NCBI GenBank assembly: GCA_007376145.1
Contig: VMFP01000001.1
Coordinates: 14,639-78,638, forward strand
Length of the DNA: 64,000 bases
Reading direction: 5' to 3'
From: Parcubacteria group bacterium Gr01-1014_38
GTDB lineage: Bacteria; Patescibacteriota; Andersenbacteria; UBA10190; CAIZMI01
The notes below the pieces were generated by a model. That model did no database searches, had not been told where the DNA came from, and worked only from the letters and a program-made list of their open reading frames with translations. The translations under genes were made by a program, and so were the position numbers. Each line of letters begins with the position of its first letter. The stretch's first letter is position 1. Shown one piece after another: positions 1-8,664 of this stretch.

Positions 1-803
1 GCACCACCTTCTGATCCGCGGTGCCCGTTGCCGCTCCCGCTGCCTTCCGACGGATCATATGTCGAGTGACTGCGAGAAGCCCCTCCATCATACCCAAAGA
101 GTCCTGCAATCAGGGCGACCAAGATGAACATTATCACGATGCCACCGATGACCAGTACCGCGATGAATAAGACTCCAAGCGTAGAACCAATAAACCTCGC
201 TACCGCCTGCTCGTTCGTCGGTTTCCAATTCTCTGATTGCGGCTGGTCTTGCCGATCCTCTGGTTGCGGCTGGCCTTGCCGATCGCCAGCTAAAACCGTC
301 TGACCCTGGATAGGTGTATCGGAACGAAACACCTCGTACCAGATTCGGCATCCACCCAGGTTCCTTGGCCAGTCTTGGACGCCCTGCCGGGTCCCCTTCC
401 ACCTGACAGCGTACGTCTTTCCATTCGCGATGACATTCACGCGATACTCCCGGTTTGGCTCCAGCGACTCCGGACTCGAAAGCACCCACTGGGGCTCCTT
501 TGGATTCCCGGCATACACATGCACGACGATGCCGGAAACCTTCGTCTCGGAAAACGGGTTCCATCTGCCCTCTGTTTTCCGCGTGGCGGTCACGCCAAAC
601 TGCAGGCCATCGATGATATAGGTGCGACCGATGGTATCGCGCGATTCTTGTAGAAGATCAGGGATCGAAAAGTCATAGAACGGGTCGAGGAGTTGCTCCC
701 ACCTCTGAGCCGCTTCGACGCTGCCGCCGAAGGCGAGGAAAACGGCACAGACCAGGACGGCCAGCATCCAACCCGCAAAGAGCGAGTCGCCACGGGAGCG
801 CAT
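1..803 (-). CDS. hypothetical membrane-anchored protein (N-terminus complete, C-terminus runs off window start); not in ORF track because it is truncated by the window edge
   Basis: Manual translation of the minus strand from the ATG (complement of 801-803) gives MRSRGDSLFAGWMLAVLVCAVFLAFGG... with an N-terminal TM helix and a second TM near the window edge. The reading frame stays open to position 1 and codon usage is GC3-rich like its neighbours. Confidence 0.5.
   Translation of the reverse strand, partial: MRSRGDSLFAGWMLAVLVCAVFLAFGGSVEAAQRWEQLLDPFYDFSIPDLLQESRDTIGRTYIIDGLQFGVTATRKTEGRWNPFSETKVSGIVVHVYAGNPKEPQWVLSSPESLEPNREYRVNVIANGKTYAVRWKGTRQGVQDWPRNLGGCRIWYEVFRSDTPIQGQTVLAGDRQGQPQPEDRQDQPQSENWKPTNEQAVARFIGSTLGVLFIAVLVIGGIVIMFILVALIAGLFGYDGGASRSHSTYDPSEGSGSGNGHRGSEGG
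238..287. repeat. two tandem ~25-bp coding repeats (tgcggctgg[t/c]cttgccgatc...) giving a QPQ/DRQ-rich low-complexity stretch in the 1..803 protein
   Basis: Direct tandem duplication visible in the sequence. It is in-frame inside the minus-strand ORF, so it is not a CRISPR repeat. Confidence 0.55.
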
Positions 804-1020
804 CGGCCACCGCGAAGCGCCGCACCCTGCACCCCATCTGTTACGATTCACGGTTTCACCTCCATTTTTCCTTGCATAGGTTGTGAAGGAACGAAAATCC
901 GAGAAAAAGGTAACATAAGAGTGGCCAAAAGACCAGGGGACCCCTGCGCGTAGGGGTCAGTACAGGGAGAGCCCGTCAAGGTTTCCTCTTGTGGGCCTCG
1001 TCTGGACGAGAGAGCACACC

Positions 1021-1029
1021 TGGTATAGT
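1021..1029 (+). promoter_or_regulatory. extended -10 element TGgTATAGT, 8 nt upstream of the adk ATG (putative leaderless promoter)
   Basis: tggtatagt ends 8 nt before ATG 1038 and no Shine-Dalgarno sequence intervenes. Confidence 0.4.
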
Positions 1030-1037
1030 AGTGAACG

Positions 1038-1715
1038 ATGGCAGTCGCAGCGCGCTCTTCGCCGCCCGTCGTCTTTCTCATGGGCCCGCCGGGATCGGGG
1101 AAGGGAACGCAGGTGGCAGCGCTCGAGCGAGAATTTGGGTTTGAGGGGATTGATACCGGCGCTCTTCTCCGCGCATTGAGCAAGGAAGATTCCTCCGTCG
1201 GACGGCGCGTCAAAGCCCTCATGGATACCGGACGGTTTGCTCCATCACCATTGGTCGCGGAGCTTGTCACGGGCCGCGTTCGCCGCTTCTTGCGGGAAGG
1301 GAAGGCCGTCGCGCTCGAAGGCTCGCCTCGAACTCTTCATGAAGCGGAAGTCCTTCTCAGCGGGCTCCGGGCGGACGGGATGAACAGGGTGCTCGTCGTG
1401 TTTCTTGACGTTCCGAAGGCCCAGACCGTTCAGCGCATTATGGAACGGTGGGTTTGCGAGGGCTGCCAGCGCTCGACGATGCTCTCCGCAGACGCGCCCG
1501 AAGGGTGCGCGGACTGTGGCGGAAAACTCGTCCGACGTGCGGACGACACACCGGAGGTCGCGGAGAAACGGTGGGAAGAATACACGTTCCGCACGCTTCC
1601 GGTGATTCGCTTCTTCGAGCGTCAGGGGCTCGTCGTTCGCGTGGAGAGCCATCGGTCAATCTCGGAAGTGACGCACCGCGTTCACACCGCCGTGCGTCAG
1701 CGACTTGGGCTATGA
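1038..1715 (+). CDS. adk: adenylate kinase
   Basis: P-loop GPPGSGKGT, a LID domain with four Cys (CEGC...CADCGG), and a length of 225 aa. Confidence 0.88.
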   Translation: MAVAARSSPPVVFLMGPPGSGKGTQVAALEREFGFEGIDTGALLRALSKEDSSVGRRVKALMDTGRFAPSPLVAELVTGRVRRFLREGKAVALEGSPRTLHEAEVLLSGLRADGMNRVLVVFLDVPKAQTVQRIMERWVCEGCQRSTMLSADAPEGCADCGGKLVRRADDTPEVAEKRWEEYTFRTLPVIRFFERQGLVVRVESHRSISEVTHRVHTAVRQRLGL

Positions 1716-2929
1716 CGCCAAAGTCCCTCAAGCCCAAGTCACCAGAGGACATCGAGCGCCTGGCACGCGGCGGTGCCATTCTTCGGACGGTCCTTGAAGA
1801 GGTTGCGGCGCTCGCGCGTCCCGGGATAACGGGGAAGGAGCTTGATGCTGAAGCCGAACGGCGCCTGCGCGCCGCTGGCGCTGAACCCAGCTTCAAAGGG
1901 TACGCAGGCGGCGATGGGAAGGCGTTCCCAGCGTCCCTCTGCGTGTCCGTGAACAGTGCCGTGGTGCACGGGTTGCCAACAGACGAACCGCTGAAGCACG
2001 GCGACGTCGTTGGACTGGATCTTGGGTGCCGCTACGAAGGACTGTTCACCGATACTGCCATGACCATCTTTGTGGGAGATGAGCATGATCGAGAGAAAAA
2101 AAACCCCATCGCGCACGCGTTGATTCGTGCAACGCGAAGGGCGCTGCAAGCCGGGATTCAGGCTGCACGAACCGGAGCGACGACCGGTGACATTGGCTAT
2201 GCCATAGGGCATCTGGTCGAACAGATCTATGGATTCAGCGTCGTCCGCGATTTCACTGGTCACGGCGTTGGGTACGCCGTGCACGAAGCGCCGCGCGTGC
2301 CGAACTCCGGCCGGCCGGGAGAAGGCGCCAAGCTTGTCGAGGGGCTTGTGCTGGCTATTGAGCCGATGGTCATCGCCAGCAAGAATCACGCCGTGCGTAT
2401 AGCAAAAGACGGCTGGACGGTGCTCGCTGCTGATCCCGTGCTCGCCGCACACGAGGAACATACGGTGGCGGTGACCGCGCAGGGTTCGCGAATCCTCACG
2501 AGGAGGGCCGCGGAGATGGGTGTGGTGCTAGGGCTCGATTACGGCGACCAGCGCATTGGCCTCGCCGTCACAGACCCGGAAGGTGAGCGCGCGCTTGCGC
2601 ATAGCACGATTCCCGCGCAGCCGTTCGATGCGGCCGTGTCTGCTCTCCAACGGGTGATTGCCGCGGAGAACGTGGCGCGGATCGTCATCGGTCTTCCCCT
2701 CACCTTGGAGGGGAGAGAAGGAGAACAGGCGCAGAAGACCAAGGAGTTTGCGGCGACGTTGGCGGAGCGCACCGGGCTGCCGCAGGAGTTTGCAGACGAG
2801 CGTTTCACCTCTGCTGCTGCCGAGGAGACGGCTGCGGCGAAAGGAATCTCGCCAGACGCCGAAGCCGCTCGACTCATTCTCGAGGGATGGCTGGTCCGTC
2901 GGTCACGCAAGATCCACGACCGCGCGTGA
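1712..2929 (+). CDS. map: methionine aminopeptidase type I continuing in-frame, with no stop codon, into a RuvX/YqgF Holliday-junction-resolvase-like domain
   Basis: The ATG at 1712 overlaps the adk stop (ATGA). The MAP fold runs through ...HEAPRVPN...AHEEHTVAVTAQGSRILT, followed by a linker RRAAE and then MGVVLGLDYGDQRIGLAV... (YqgF) in the same frame. The ORF track confirms one uninterrupted 1448..2929 frame. Confidence 0.8.
   Translation: MTPKSLKPKSPEDIERLARGGAILRTVLEEVAALARPGITGKELDAEAERRLRAAGAEPSFKGYAGGDGKAFPASLCVSVNSAVVHGLPTDEPLKHGDVVGLDLGCRYEGLFTDTAMTIFVGDEHDREKKNPIAHALIRATRRALQAGIQAARTGATTGDIGYAIGHLVEQIYGFSVVRDFTGHGVGYAVHEAPRVPNSGRPGEGAKLVEGLVLAIEPMVIASKNHAVRIAKDGWTVLAADPVLAAHEEHTVAVTAQGSRILTRRAAEMGVVLGLDYGDQRIGLAVTDPEGERALAHSTIPAQPFDAAVSALQRVIAAENVARIVIGLPLTLEGREGEQAQKTKEFAATLAERTGLPQEFADERFTSAAAEETAAAKGISPDAEAARLILEGWLVRRSRKIHDRA
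2516..2929 (+). CDS. ruvX: putative pre-16S rRNA nuclease / Holliday junction resolvase-like protein (YqgF/RuvX) segment with its own SD+ATG inside the map frame
   Basis: aggaggg (2501-2507) lies 9 nt upstream of ATG 2516. The segment carries LGLDYGxxRIGLAV and ERFTS motifs typical of YqgF, and is about 137 aa. Confidence 0.6.
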   Translation: MGVVLGLDYGDQRIGLAVTDPEGERALAHSTIPAQPFDAAVSALQRVIAAENVARIVIGLPLTLEGREGEQAQKTKEFAATLAERTGLPQEFADERFTSAAAEETAAAKGISPDAEAARLILEGWLVRRSRKIHDRA

Positions 2930-2941
2930 TATACTTTCGTT

Positions 2942-3700
2942 GTGTCCGACATTGTTTCGTCTCCCAAAGGAACGGACATCCACCTTTCCGTCGTCATTCC
3001 GGCATACAATGAGGAGCGTCGGCTCCCCCGCACCCTGGACGACGTCCTCGGGTACCTCGGGTCGCAGACGTACGCGTCGGAAGTGATCGTCGTGGATGAC
3101 GGGTCCACCGATCGGACGGGCGACGTTGCACGTACCAAGGATGGCGGGCGGATTCCCGTGCGGGTCACCCGGCACCCAGGCGGTCGGAACCATGGGAAGG
3201 GAGCGGCGGTCCGTCGCGGCATGCTCGCCGCCCATGGTCGGTACCGGCTCTTTATGGACGCGGACAACTCTACGACCGTGGATCACGTCGGTCGGTTCTG
3301 GTCGTTCTTTGAGGAGGGGTACGATATCGTGATTGGCTCGCGGGATGTGGAAGGAGCGGTCGTTGCTGTTCACCAACCGTGGTACAAGGAGGTCGCGGGG
3401 AATATTGGGAACGTGATCATTCGCTCTCTCGCCGTTCCGGGCATCTACGATACGCAGGCCGGTTTCAAGGTATTCAAAGCGAACGTGGTGAAGGACGTCT
3501 TCCCTCGGCTGACCATCGATCGGTTCGGGTTCGATGTGGAGATTCTGGCGGTGGCCCGCCACCACGGATATCGGATAAAGGAAACACCGATTACGTGGAT
3601 CAACGATCCGGAGAGCAAAGTGACGTGGACCACGTATTTCGAGGTCTTGAGCGAAGTGTGGAGGGTGCGGCGGAATCTCCGCGCCGGGCTCTATGACTGA
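2942..3700 (+). CDS. GT2 family glycosyltransferase (dolichyl/polyprenyl-phosphate sugar synthase-like)
   Basis: LSVVIPAYNEE...VIVVDDGSTDRT...FMDADNS(T) are GT-A DxD-type motifs; the protein is 252 aa. Confidence 0.75.
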   Translation: MSDIVSSPKGTDIHLSVVIPAYNEERRLPRTLDDVLGYLGSQTYASEVIVVDDGSTDRTGDVARTKDGGRIPVRVTRHPGGRNHGKGAAVRRGMLAAHGRYRLFMDADNSTTVDHVGRFWSFFEEGYDIVIGSRDVEGAVVAVHQPWYKEVAGNIGNVIIRSLAVPGIYDTQAGFKVFKANVVKDVFPRLTIDRFGFDVEILAVARHHGYRIKETPITWINDPESKVTWTTYFEVLSEVWRVRRNLRAGLYD

Positions 3701-3867
3701 GGGTATTCCGCTGTCACGGGTCCTGCCGCCGTGGGACCCCCCACGCCTGCGGTCAGCCGCCATACCCCAGGGACAATTGAAAATGGGTAGGGGCCCCTGG
3801 CGGTCTGTCCTCGGCGTGGGTTGCCACCCACGGCGTCACCCGTTCCAGCCGTAGTGGTTTTGCGGCG

Positions 3868-4887
3868 ATGAGTAAAGCTTCCGAACTCCGCCAGGATCCC
3901 ATCACGGGGAAATGGGTGGTGATTGCGACGGGCCGCGCCAAGCGACCGTTAGATCAGGCACGGCTGCAAGTGGCGAAACCTGCACCGCCGGCCTACCTAG
4001 AAAACTGCCCGTTCTGTAACCTCGCGCAGTTTCCGCAGCGAGCGCCAACCCTGGTTTCTCCACGAGGCAAAGGGTGGCGGGTCATGGCCTTTCCGAATAA
4101 GTTCCCGGCATTTGTGCCTGCCGATCGCGTCACCGCCCGGAAGATGGGACTGTATACCGTGATGGACGGGGTCGGGTTTCATGAGGTGATCGTCGTCCGT
4201 CCGCACAACGGTTTTCTCGCTCGTCTTGAGAAGTTCGACCTTGTTCGCTGCGTCGAGGCGTGGCGGGCGCGGTATCGGGCGCTCATGACGAAGCCGTCCG
4301 TCGCGTACATTCAACTGATCGAGAATCATGGACGGGAGAGCGGCGGATCCCAGGAGCACTCGCACCTCCAGCTGTTTGCCATTCCGGTACTCCCGAGCGA
4401 CGAAGTACTCGACCTCCTGAAAGGAGCGGAGGCGTACTACGACGAGAATGGAAGCTGTGCCTACTGCGACATCCTCGCGTTCGAGCGGGAGCAAAAGACG
4501 AGAATCGTCTGGGAGAATGACCGGTTCACGGTGCTCAGTCCCTTCACCTCCCGGGTGCCGCACGAGCAGTGGGTGCTCCCGCGCACGCACGCAGCGGGAT
4601 TTGAGGCGCTCGCCGACGAGGATCTTCCCGCACTGGCCGAGGCGCTCCAAGAGGCGCTTGCGCGGCTTGATCGAGGGTTCAAGGACCCGCCGTATAACCT
4701 CTACATCTACTCCGCTCCCTGCGACACCGAAGGGTTCATCTGCGAGAAGGACGAATTCCAGCACTTCCACTGGCACGTGCAGATTCTCCCGCGCCTCAAT
4801 ATCTGGGGTGGCTTCGAGCTGGCCACGGGTCTGGAGATTCACTCCGTGCTTCCGGAGGAGTGCGCGGCATTTTTGCGGTCCGCCTAA
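3868..4887 (+). CDS. galT: galactose-1-phosphate uridylyltransferase family protein (HIT superfamily)
   Basis: A Cys pair CPFC near the N-terminus, an HSHLQLF (H-x-H-x-Q) motif and a C-terminal HFHWH, in a 339-aa protein. Confidence 0.65.
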   Translation: MSKASELRQDPITGKWVVIATGRAKRPLDQARLQVAKPAPPAYLENCPFCNLAQFPQRAPTLVSPRGKGWRVMAFPNKFPAFVPADRVTARKMGLYTVMDGVGFHEVIVVRPHNGFLARLEKFDLVRCVEAWRARYRALMTKPSVAYIQLIENHGRESGGSQEHSHLQLFAIPVLPSDEVLDLLKGAEAYYDENGSCAYCDILAFEREQKTRIVWENDRFTVLSPFTSRVPHEQWVLPRTHAAGFEALADEDLPALAEALQEALARLDRGFKDPPYNLYIYSAPCDTEGFICEKDEFQHFHWHVQILPRLNIWGGFELATGLEIHSVLPEECAAFLRSA

Positions 4888-4897
4888 ACAAAAACGC

Positions 4898-5704
4898 ATG
4901 GTTCGTTCTGTGTTCCATCGTCGCCCCGTAGTGATTGCAAATTGGAAGATGTACCTTGGCGCTGCCGAAAGCGTTCGGGCAGCCCATGCGATCCGCCGGC
5001 TCACGGCGCGACTCGCGGGACGAGATGCCGAGATCGTGCTCTGCCCATGCTTTCCGGTACTCGCGGAGGTTCGTGGCGCACTTGTGGGAAGCCGTCTCCA
5101 ACTCGGCGCCCAAGAGCTCCACCACGAGCCATCCGGCCCCTACACCGGAGACGTCTCTGCCAACCAGCTCCGTGGTCTCATCCGGTACGTGGTCGTCGGG
5201 CACTCGGAGCGCCGTCGCTTCCACGGGGAGACGGATGAGATGGTCGCACGGAAGGTTCAGCAAGCGCTCCGCGCTGGATTTTCACCAATTATCTGTGTGG
5301 GAGAGACGACGGAGGAGCGGGAGGAGGAGAAAACGATTGCGAAAGTCCGGCGGCAAGTCGAGATCGTCGTGCGCGAACTCTCCAGACTCTCGTTGAGCCG
5401 ATGTCTGTTCGCGTATGAGCCGGTGTGGGCGATTAGCGCGGGCCCGGGGATGGAAGGTCCCCAGCCGGATCCGGCCGAGGCGGCGCACCTCATGCGGCTC
5501 GTGCGGAAAGTCGCGGCTGACCGAATCGGTTCGAGCGCCGCCGAGCGGGTTCGCGTCCTCTACGGCGGCAGTGTCACGGCGAAAACGGTGCGGCCGTTCG
5601 TGTCGGAGCCCGGCGTGGATGGCGTGCTCGTTGGGGGAGCCTCCACGAAACCCGCCGAGTTTGCTGCCATCGTCCGTGAAGTGGTCGCCGCATGCCGCTC
5701 GTAG
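4898..5704 (+). CDS. tpiA: triosephosphate isomerase
   Basis: VIANWKMY..., VVGHSERR and AYEPVWAIS..G motifs; the start was chosen at ATG 4898, just after the galT stop. Confidence 0.88.
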   Translation: MVRSVFHRRPVVIANWKMYLGAAESVRAAHAIRRLTARLAGRDAEIVLCPCFPVLAEVRGALVGSRLQLGAQELHHEPSGPYTGDVSANQLRGLIRYVVVGHSERRRFHGETDEMVARKVQQALRAGFSPIICVGETTEEREEEKTIAKVRRQVEIVVRELSRLSLSRCLFAYEPVWAISAGPGMEGPQPDPAEAAHLMRLVRKVAADRIGSSAAERVRVLYGGSVTAKTVRPFVSEPGVDGVLVGGASTKPAEFAAIVREVVAACRS

Positions 5705-6582
5705 CGCCGCAGGAACTTTTCGCGCGCGCCCTCCGCGAGCGCTGGGCGCTCGGGGCATTCAACACCTCGAATCTCGAAGTTACCCAGGCCATCGCGTGGG
5801 CGCTGCAAGAGGCGAATGCGCCCGGCATCATTCAAACCTCGGAAGCGGCGATCAAATACGCCGGATTAGAGACGCTCCGCGACATTATCCGCGACGTGGC
5901 GGCGTCCGTAACGGTGCCACTTGTCCTTCACCTGGACCACGGAAAGTCGCTCGACATCGCGCGGCAGTGCATCAAGGCCGGGTACGGTTCCGTCATGATT
6001 GACGGGTCCGCGCTTCCGCTGCCCGAGAACATCGCGCTGTCCAAACAAGTTGTGGAGCTTGCGCACGCCCGTAACATTTGGGTGGAAGGAGAGGTCGGCG
6101 CGATTCCGGGGAAGGAGGCGCTGATAGGAAGTAGGGAGTCGGGAGTAGGAAGTAGGGGCGACGACACGGACGACCGGTTTTTCACCAAACCGGAAGAGGC
6201 AGCCGAATTTGCACGGGAAACTGGCGTGGACGCGCTCGCGGTGTCAGTCGGAACGGCGCATGGGGCGTTCCGGGGAAGGGAGGGTATTCGATTTGAGCGC
6301 CTTCAGGCGATCCGCGACGTCGTATCCATTCCGCTTACATTGCACGGCGCTTCGGGACTTCCCGACGACGAAATCCGCCGCGCGCTTGAGTTCGGCATTG
6401 TGAAGGTAAATATTGATACGGAGCTCCGGGAGGCCTTCCACGACACGCTCACCAAGCACCAAGAAGATGGGCCGGAGCACTCCATTGATCCTCGCTCGCT
6501 TCTGAAACCGGCCCGGGATGCGGTGCAAAAGGTCGTAAAGGAAAAAGTCTCGCTTCTTGGAAGCGAAGAAAAAGCTTCATGA
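5692..6582 (+). CDS. fba: fructose-bisphosphate aldolase class II
   Basis: VLHLDHG and class II metal-binding motifs; the start overlaps the tpiA 3' end by 13 nt. Confidence 0.85.
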   Translation: MPLVAPQELFARALRERWALGAFNTSNLEVTQAIAWALQEANAPGIIQTSEAAIKYAGLETLRDIIRDVAASVTVPLVLHLDHGKSLDIARQCIKAGYGSVMIDGSALPLPENIALSKQVVELAHARNIWVEGEVGAIPGKEALIGSRESGVGSRGDDTDDRFFTKPEEAAEFARETGVDALAVSVGTAHGAFRGREGIRFERLQAIRDVVSIPLTLHGASGLPDDEIRRALEFGIVKVNIDTELREAFHDTLTKHQEDGPEHSIDPRSLLKPARDAVQKVVKEKVSLLGSEEKAS

Positions 6583-6709
6583 TCACGGAAACACGGGCTT
6601 GCTCTTGTGCCCCTCGACGGGAAGACCATCGAATACATCCGGCGCCACAATCCTGCACACTACGAAGTTCTCTCTTCGCTGGTGTCCTTCGTCATTCATA
6701 ACGACACCA

Positions 6710-6970
6710 ATGAACATCGAAAAGAAAATCTGGCCACAGTTCTTCGAGAAGATCAAGAGCGGTGAGAAGACCCTCGAACTTCGCCTTGCGGATTTTGACT
6801 GCAAGCCCGGAGACGCATTGGTGTTGAAAGAGTGGAATCCAGAAACGCGAGAATATACTGGGCGGGTTTTGGAGAAAGAGGTTACCTATGTCATTCGAAC
6901 GAAGGACGCGGGGTTCTGGTCATCAGAGGACGTAGAGAAATACGGATACCAGATCATTGCGTTCAAATAA
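6710..6970 (+). CDS. DUF3850 / ASCH-like small protein
   Basis: MNIEKKIWPQFFEKIKSGEKTLELRLADFD...GDALVLKEW, 86 aa; markedly lower GC than its neighbours. Confidence 0.5.
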   Translation: MNIEKKIWPQFFEKIKSGEKTLELRLADFDCKPGDALVLKEWNPETREYTGRVLEKEVTYVIRTKDAGFWSSEDVEKYGYQIIAFK

Positions 6971-7014
6971 AAACAGGCCGTGTCTCGGGAACCCGAAGCG
7001 TTACCAAAGAAAAA

Positions 7015-7041
7015 CCTCGGTAACAGCATGTGTCACCGAGG
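7015..7041 (-). terminator. hairpin cctcggt/accgagg followed (on the minus strand) by a T-run; likely the htpX terminator between convergent genes
   Basis: A 7-bp stem with a 13-nt loop and TTTTTCTTTGG downstream on the minus strand; a second overlapping hairpin gttacc...ggtaac is also present. Confidence 0.45.
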
Positions 7042-7061
7042 TATGGTACTCTCGTAGTCCG

Positions 7062-7901
7062 CTACGCCATTTGCTGGAGTGCGTTAATACGTTCCTCGAT
7101 AGGGGGATGTGTTGAGAAAAGCGTACCCAGCGTTTTTCCGGACAGCGGATTTGCAATGTAGAGATGCGCGGTGGCGCGGTTTGCGGTCTCCACGGGCTGG
7201 TGGTGCGCGTGAATTTTTTTAAGGGCGTTTGCGAGGCCGTCGGGGTAGCGCGTGAGCAAGACCGCGGACGCGTCCGCCAGGAATTCCCGGCGGCGGGATA
7301 CCGCGAATTGGATGAGCTGGGCAATCAGTGGCGAAAGAATCAACAACACGAGGCCGATCAGCGCAAATACAGCGGTACCCGCCTGCCGCTCTCGACTGCG
7401 GCCGCCGTGGAGGCCCCACAGTCGTGAGCGAAAGAACCAGTCGCCGATGAGCACGATGGTCCCGACGAACACGGCGACAATCATCATGAGGCGGATGTCG
7501 TAGTTTTTGACGTGCGAAAGCTCGTGTGCGAGCACGCCCTCGAGTTCGGATCGCTCCAGCGTTTCGAGCGCCCCTTGCGTGACGGCAATGGACGCGTGCT
7601 GCGGATCACGACCCGTCGCAAACGCGTTGATGGCTGGGGAGGGAATGATGTACACCTTCGGCATCGGTACCCCGGCCGTGATGCTCAAGTTCTCGACGAG
7701 GCGGTAGAGTTCAGGGGCATCTGCTTTTTGGATGGGTGTGGCCCGGTTTGCCGCGAGCGCCATCTTGTCTCCGGCGAAATACCCCACGAGGGCGGAGCCA
7801 AACGCAAAAGTTCCCGCAATCGGGAGTGCGGCAGTGCCCCCGCCTTCGACTTGGTCCACGGCCCAGCCGACGGCAATCACCAGAATGACAAACAGCACCA
7901 C
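7062..7901 (-). CDS. htpX: zinc metalloprotease HtpX (M48)
   Basis: HELSHV motif, two N-terminal TM helices and a GTG start at 7901; 279 aa. Confidence 0.85.
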   Translation of the reverse strand: MVLFVILVIAVGWAVDQVEGGGTAALPIAGTFAFGSALVGYFAGDKMALAANRATPIQKADAPELYRLVENLSITAGVPMPKVYIIPSPAINAFATGRDPQHASIAVTQGALETLERSELEGVLAHELSHVKNYDIRLMMIVAVFVGTIVLIGDWFFRSRLWGLHGGRSRERQAGTAVFALIGLVLLILSPLIAQLIQFAVSRRREFLADASAVLLTRYPDGLANALKKIHAHHQPVETANRATAHLYIANPLSGKTLGTLFSTHPPIEERINALQQMA

Positions 7902-7948
7902 GAAGAGCGCCGAGCGGCGCTTATTCGAGGTAATGGCGGTGTAGGCGG

Positions 7949-8575
7949 TCAGAACTTCACTTTCGGCGTTTCCCGCGCTGTTGGTTCTTCGTCCAGGTCA
8001 AAGAATTCACGCTGGGCGAAACGGAACATGCCGGCGATGAGGTTTCCGGGAAAGGACTGCACGGCCGTGTTGAGATCGCGGACGGTGCCGTTGTAGAACC
8101 GGCGTGCGGCCTGGATCTTGTTCTCCGTGTCGGAGAGCTCGCGCTGGAGCTCAAGGAAGTTCGTGTTGGCCTTCAAGTCGGGGTACTGCTCGGCCACGGC
8201 GAACAGCGTCTTCAATGTTCCCGCCAGCATGTTCTCCGCCTTGCCGTGCTCCGCGGGGGTCTGGGCGCCCATGGCCCGCGTGCGCGCTTCCGTGACACTC
8301 TGGAGGACGTTCTTCTCGTGTGCCATGTACCCCTTCACGGCTTCCACAAGGTTCGGGATGAGGTCGTACCGGCGCTTGAGCTGGACTTCGATGTCCGACC
8401 ACGCCTCCGAGACGCGGTTCCGTAACTGAACGAACTTGTTGTATGTCCAGACGAGCCAGATAACGACAAGAACGACAATCGCGGGGATATTGAACTGCCA
8501 TTCGATGAGATCGAAAAACCCGCTCAACGCGAGGAGAACAATCCCGATGACAACGAGAATGGTGAAGATGTCCAT
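7949..8575 (-). CDS. lemA: LemA family membrane protein
   Basis: An N-terminal TM followed by the LemA helical domain (YNKFVQLRNRVSEAWSDIEVQLKRRYDLIPNLVE); the lemA-htpX adjacency is conserved. Confidence 0.85.
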   Translation of the reverse strand: MDIFTILVVIGIVLLALSGFFDLIEWQFNIPAIVVLVVIWLVWTYNKFVQLRNRVSEAWSDIEVQLKRRYDLIPNLVEAVKGYMAHEKNVLQSVTEARTRAMGAQTPAEHGKAENMLAGTLKTLFAVAEQYPDLKANTNFLELQRELSDTENKIQAARRFYNGTVRDLNTAVQSFPGNLIAGMFRFAQREFFDLDEEPTARETPKVKF

Positions 8576-8649
8576 CAGGACCTGAATGTATAATGAGTCA
8601 ACCGAGAGGTCAAGTTGGTCGGTACCGGGGGGTCAGCGAGGCACAGACC

Positions 8650-8658
8650 TGCTATACT
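8650..8658 (+). promoter_or_regulatory. extended -10 TGcTATACT, 6 nt upstream of the gap ATG (putative leaderless promoter)
   Basis: tgctatact followed by ttaacc and then ATG 8665; there is no SD and the predicted TSS falls at or next to the A of the ATG. Confidence 0.45.
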
Positions 8659-8664
8659 TTAACC

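Noticed and set aside
230-290. Possible CRISPR repeat
   Set aside because: There are only two tandem units, and they sit in-frame inside a coding region with no spacer-repeat periodicity. No CRISPR array is present anywhere in the window.
4448-4897. 150-codon upstream extension of the tpiA frame (and similar extensions of gap 8593, holB 15139, mreC 21650, serS 27127, nuc 33020 and the 39938 ORF)
   Set aside because: The extensions overlap the preceding gene in another frame and lack homology. The conserved N-termini begin at the internal ATGs chosen here.
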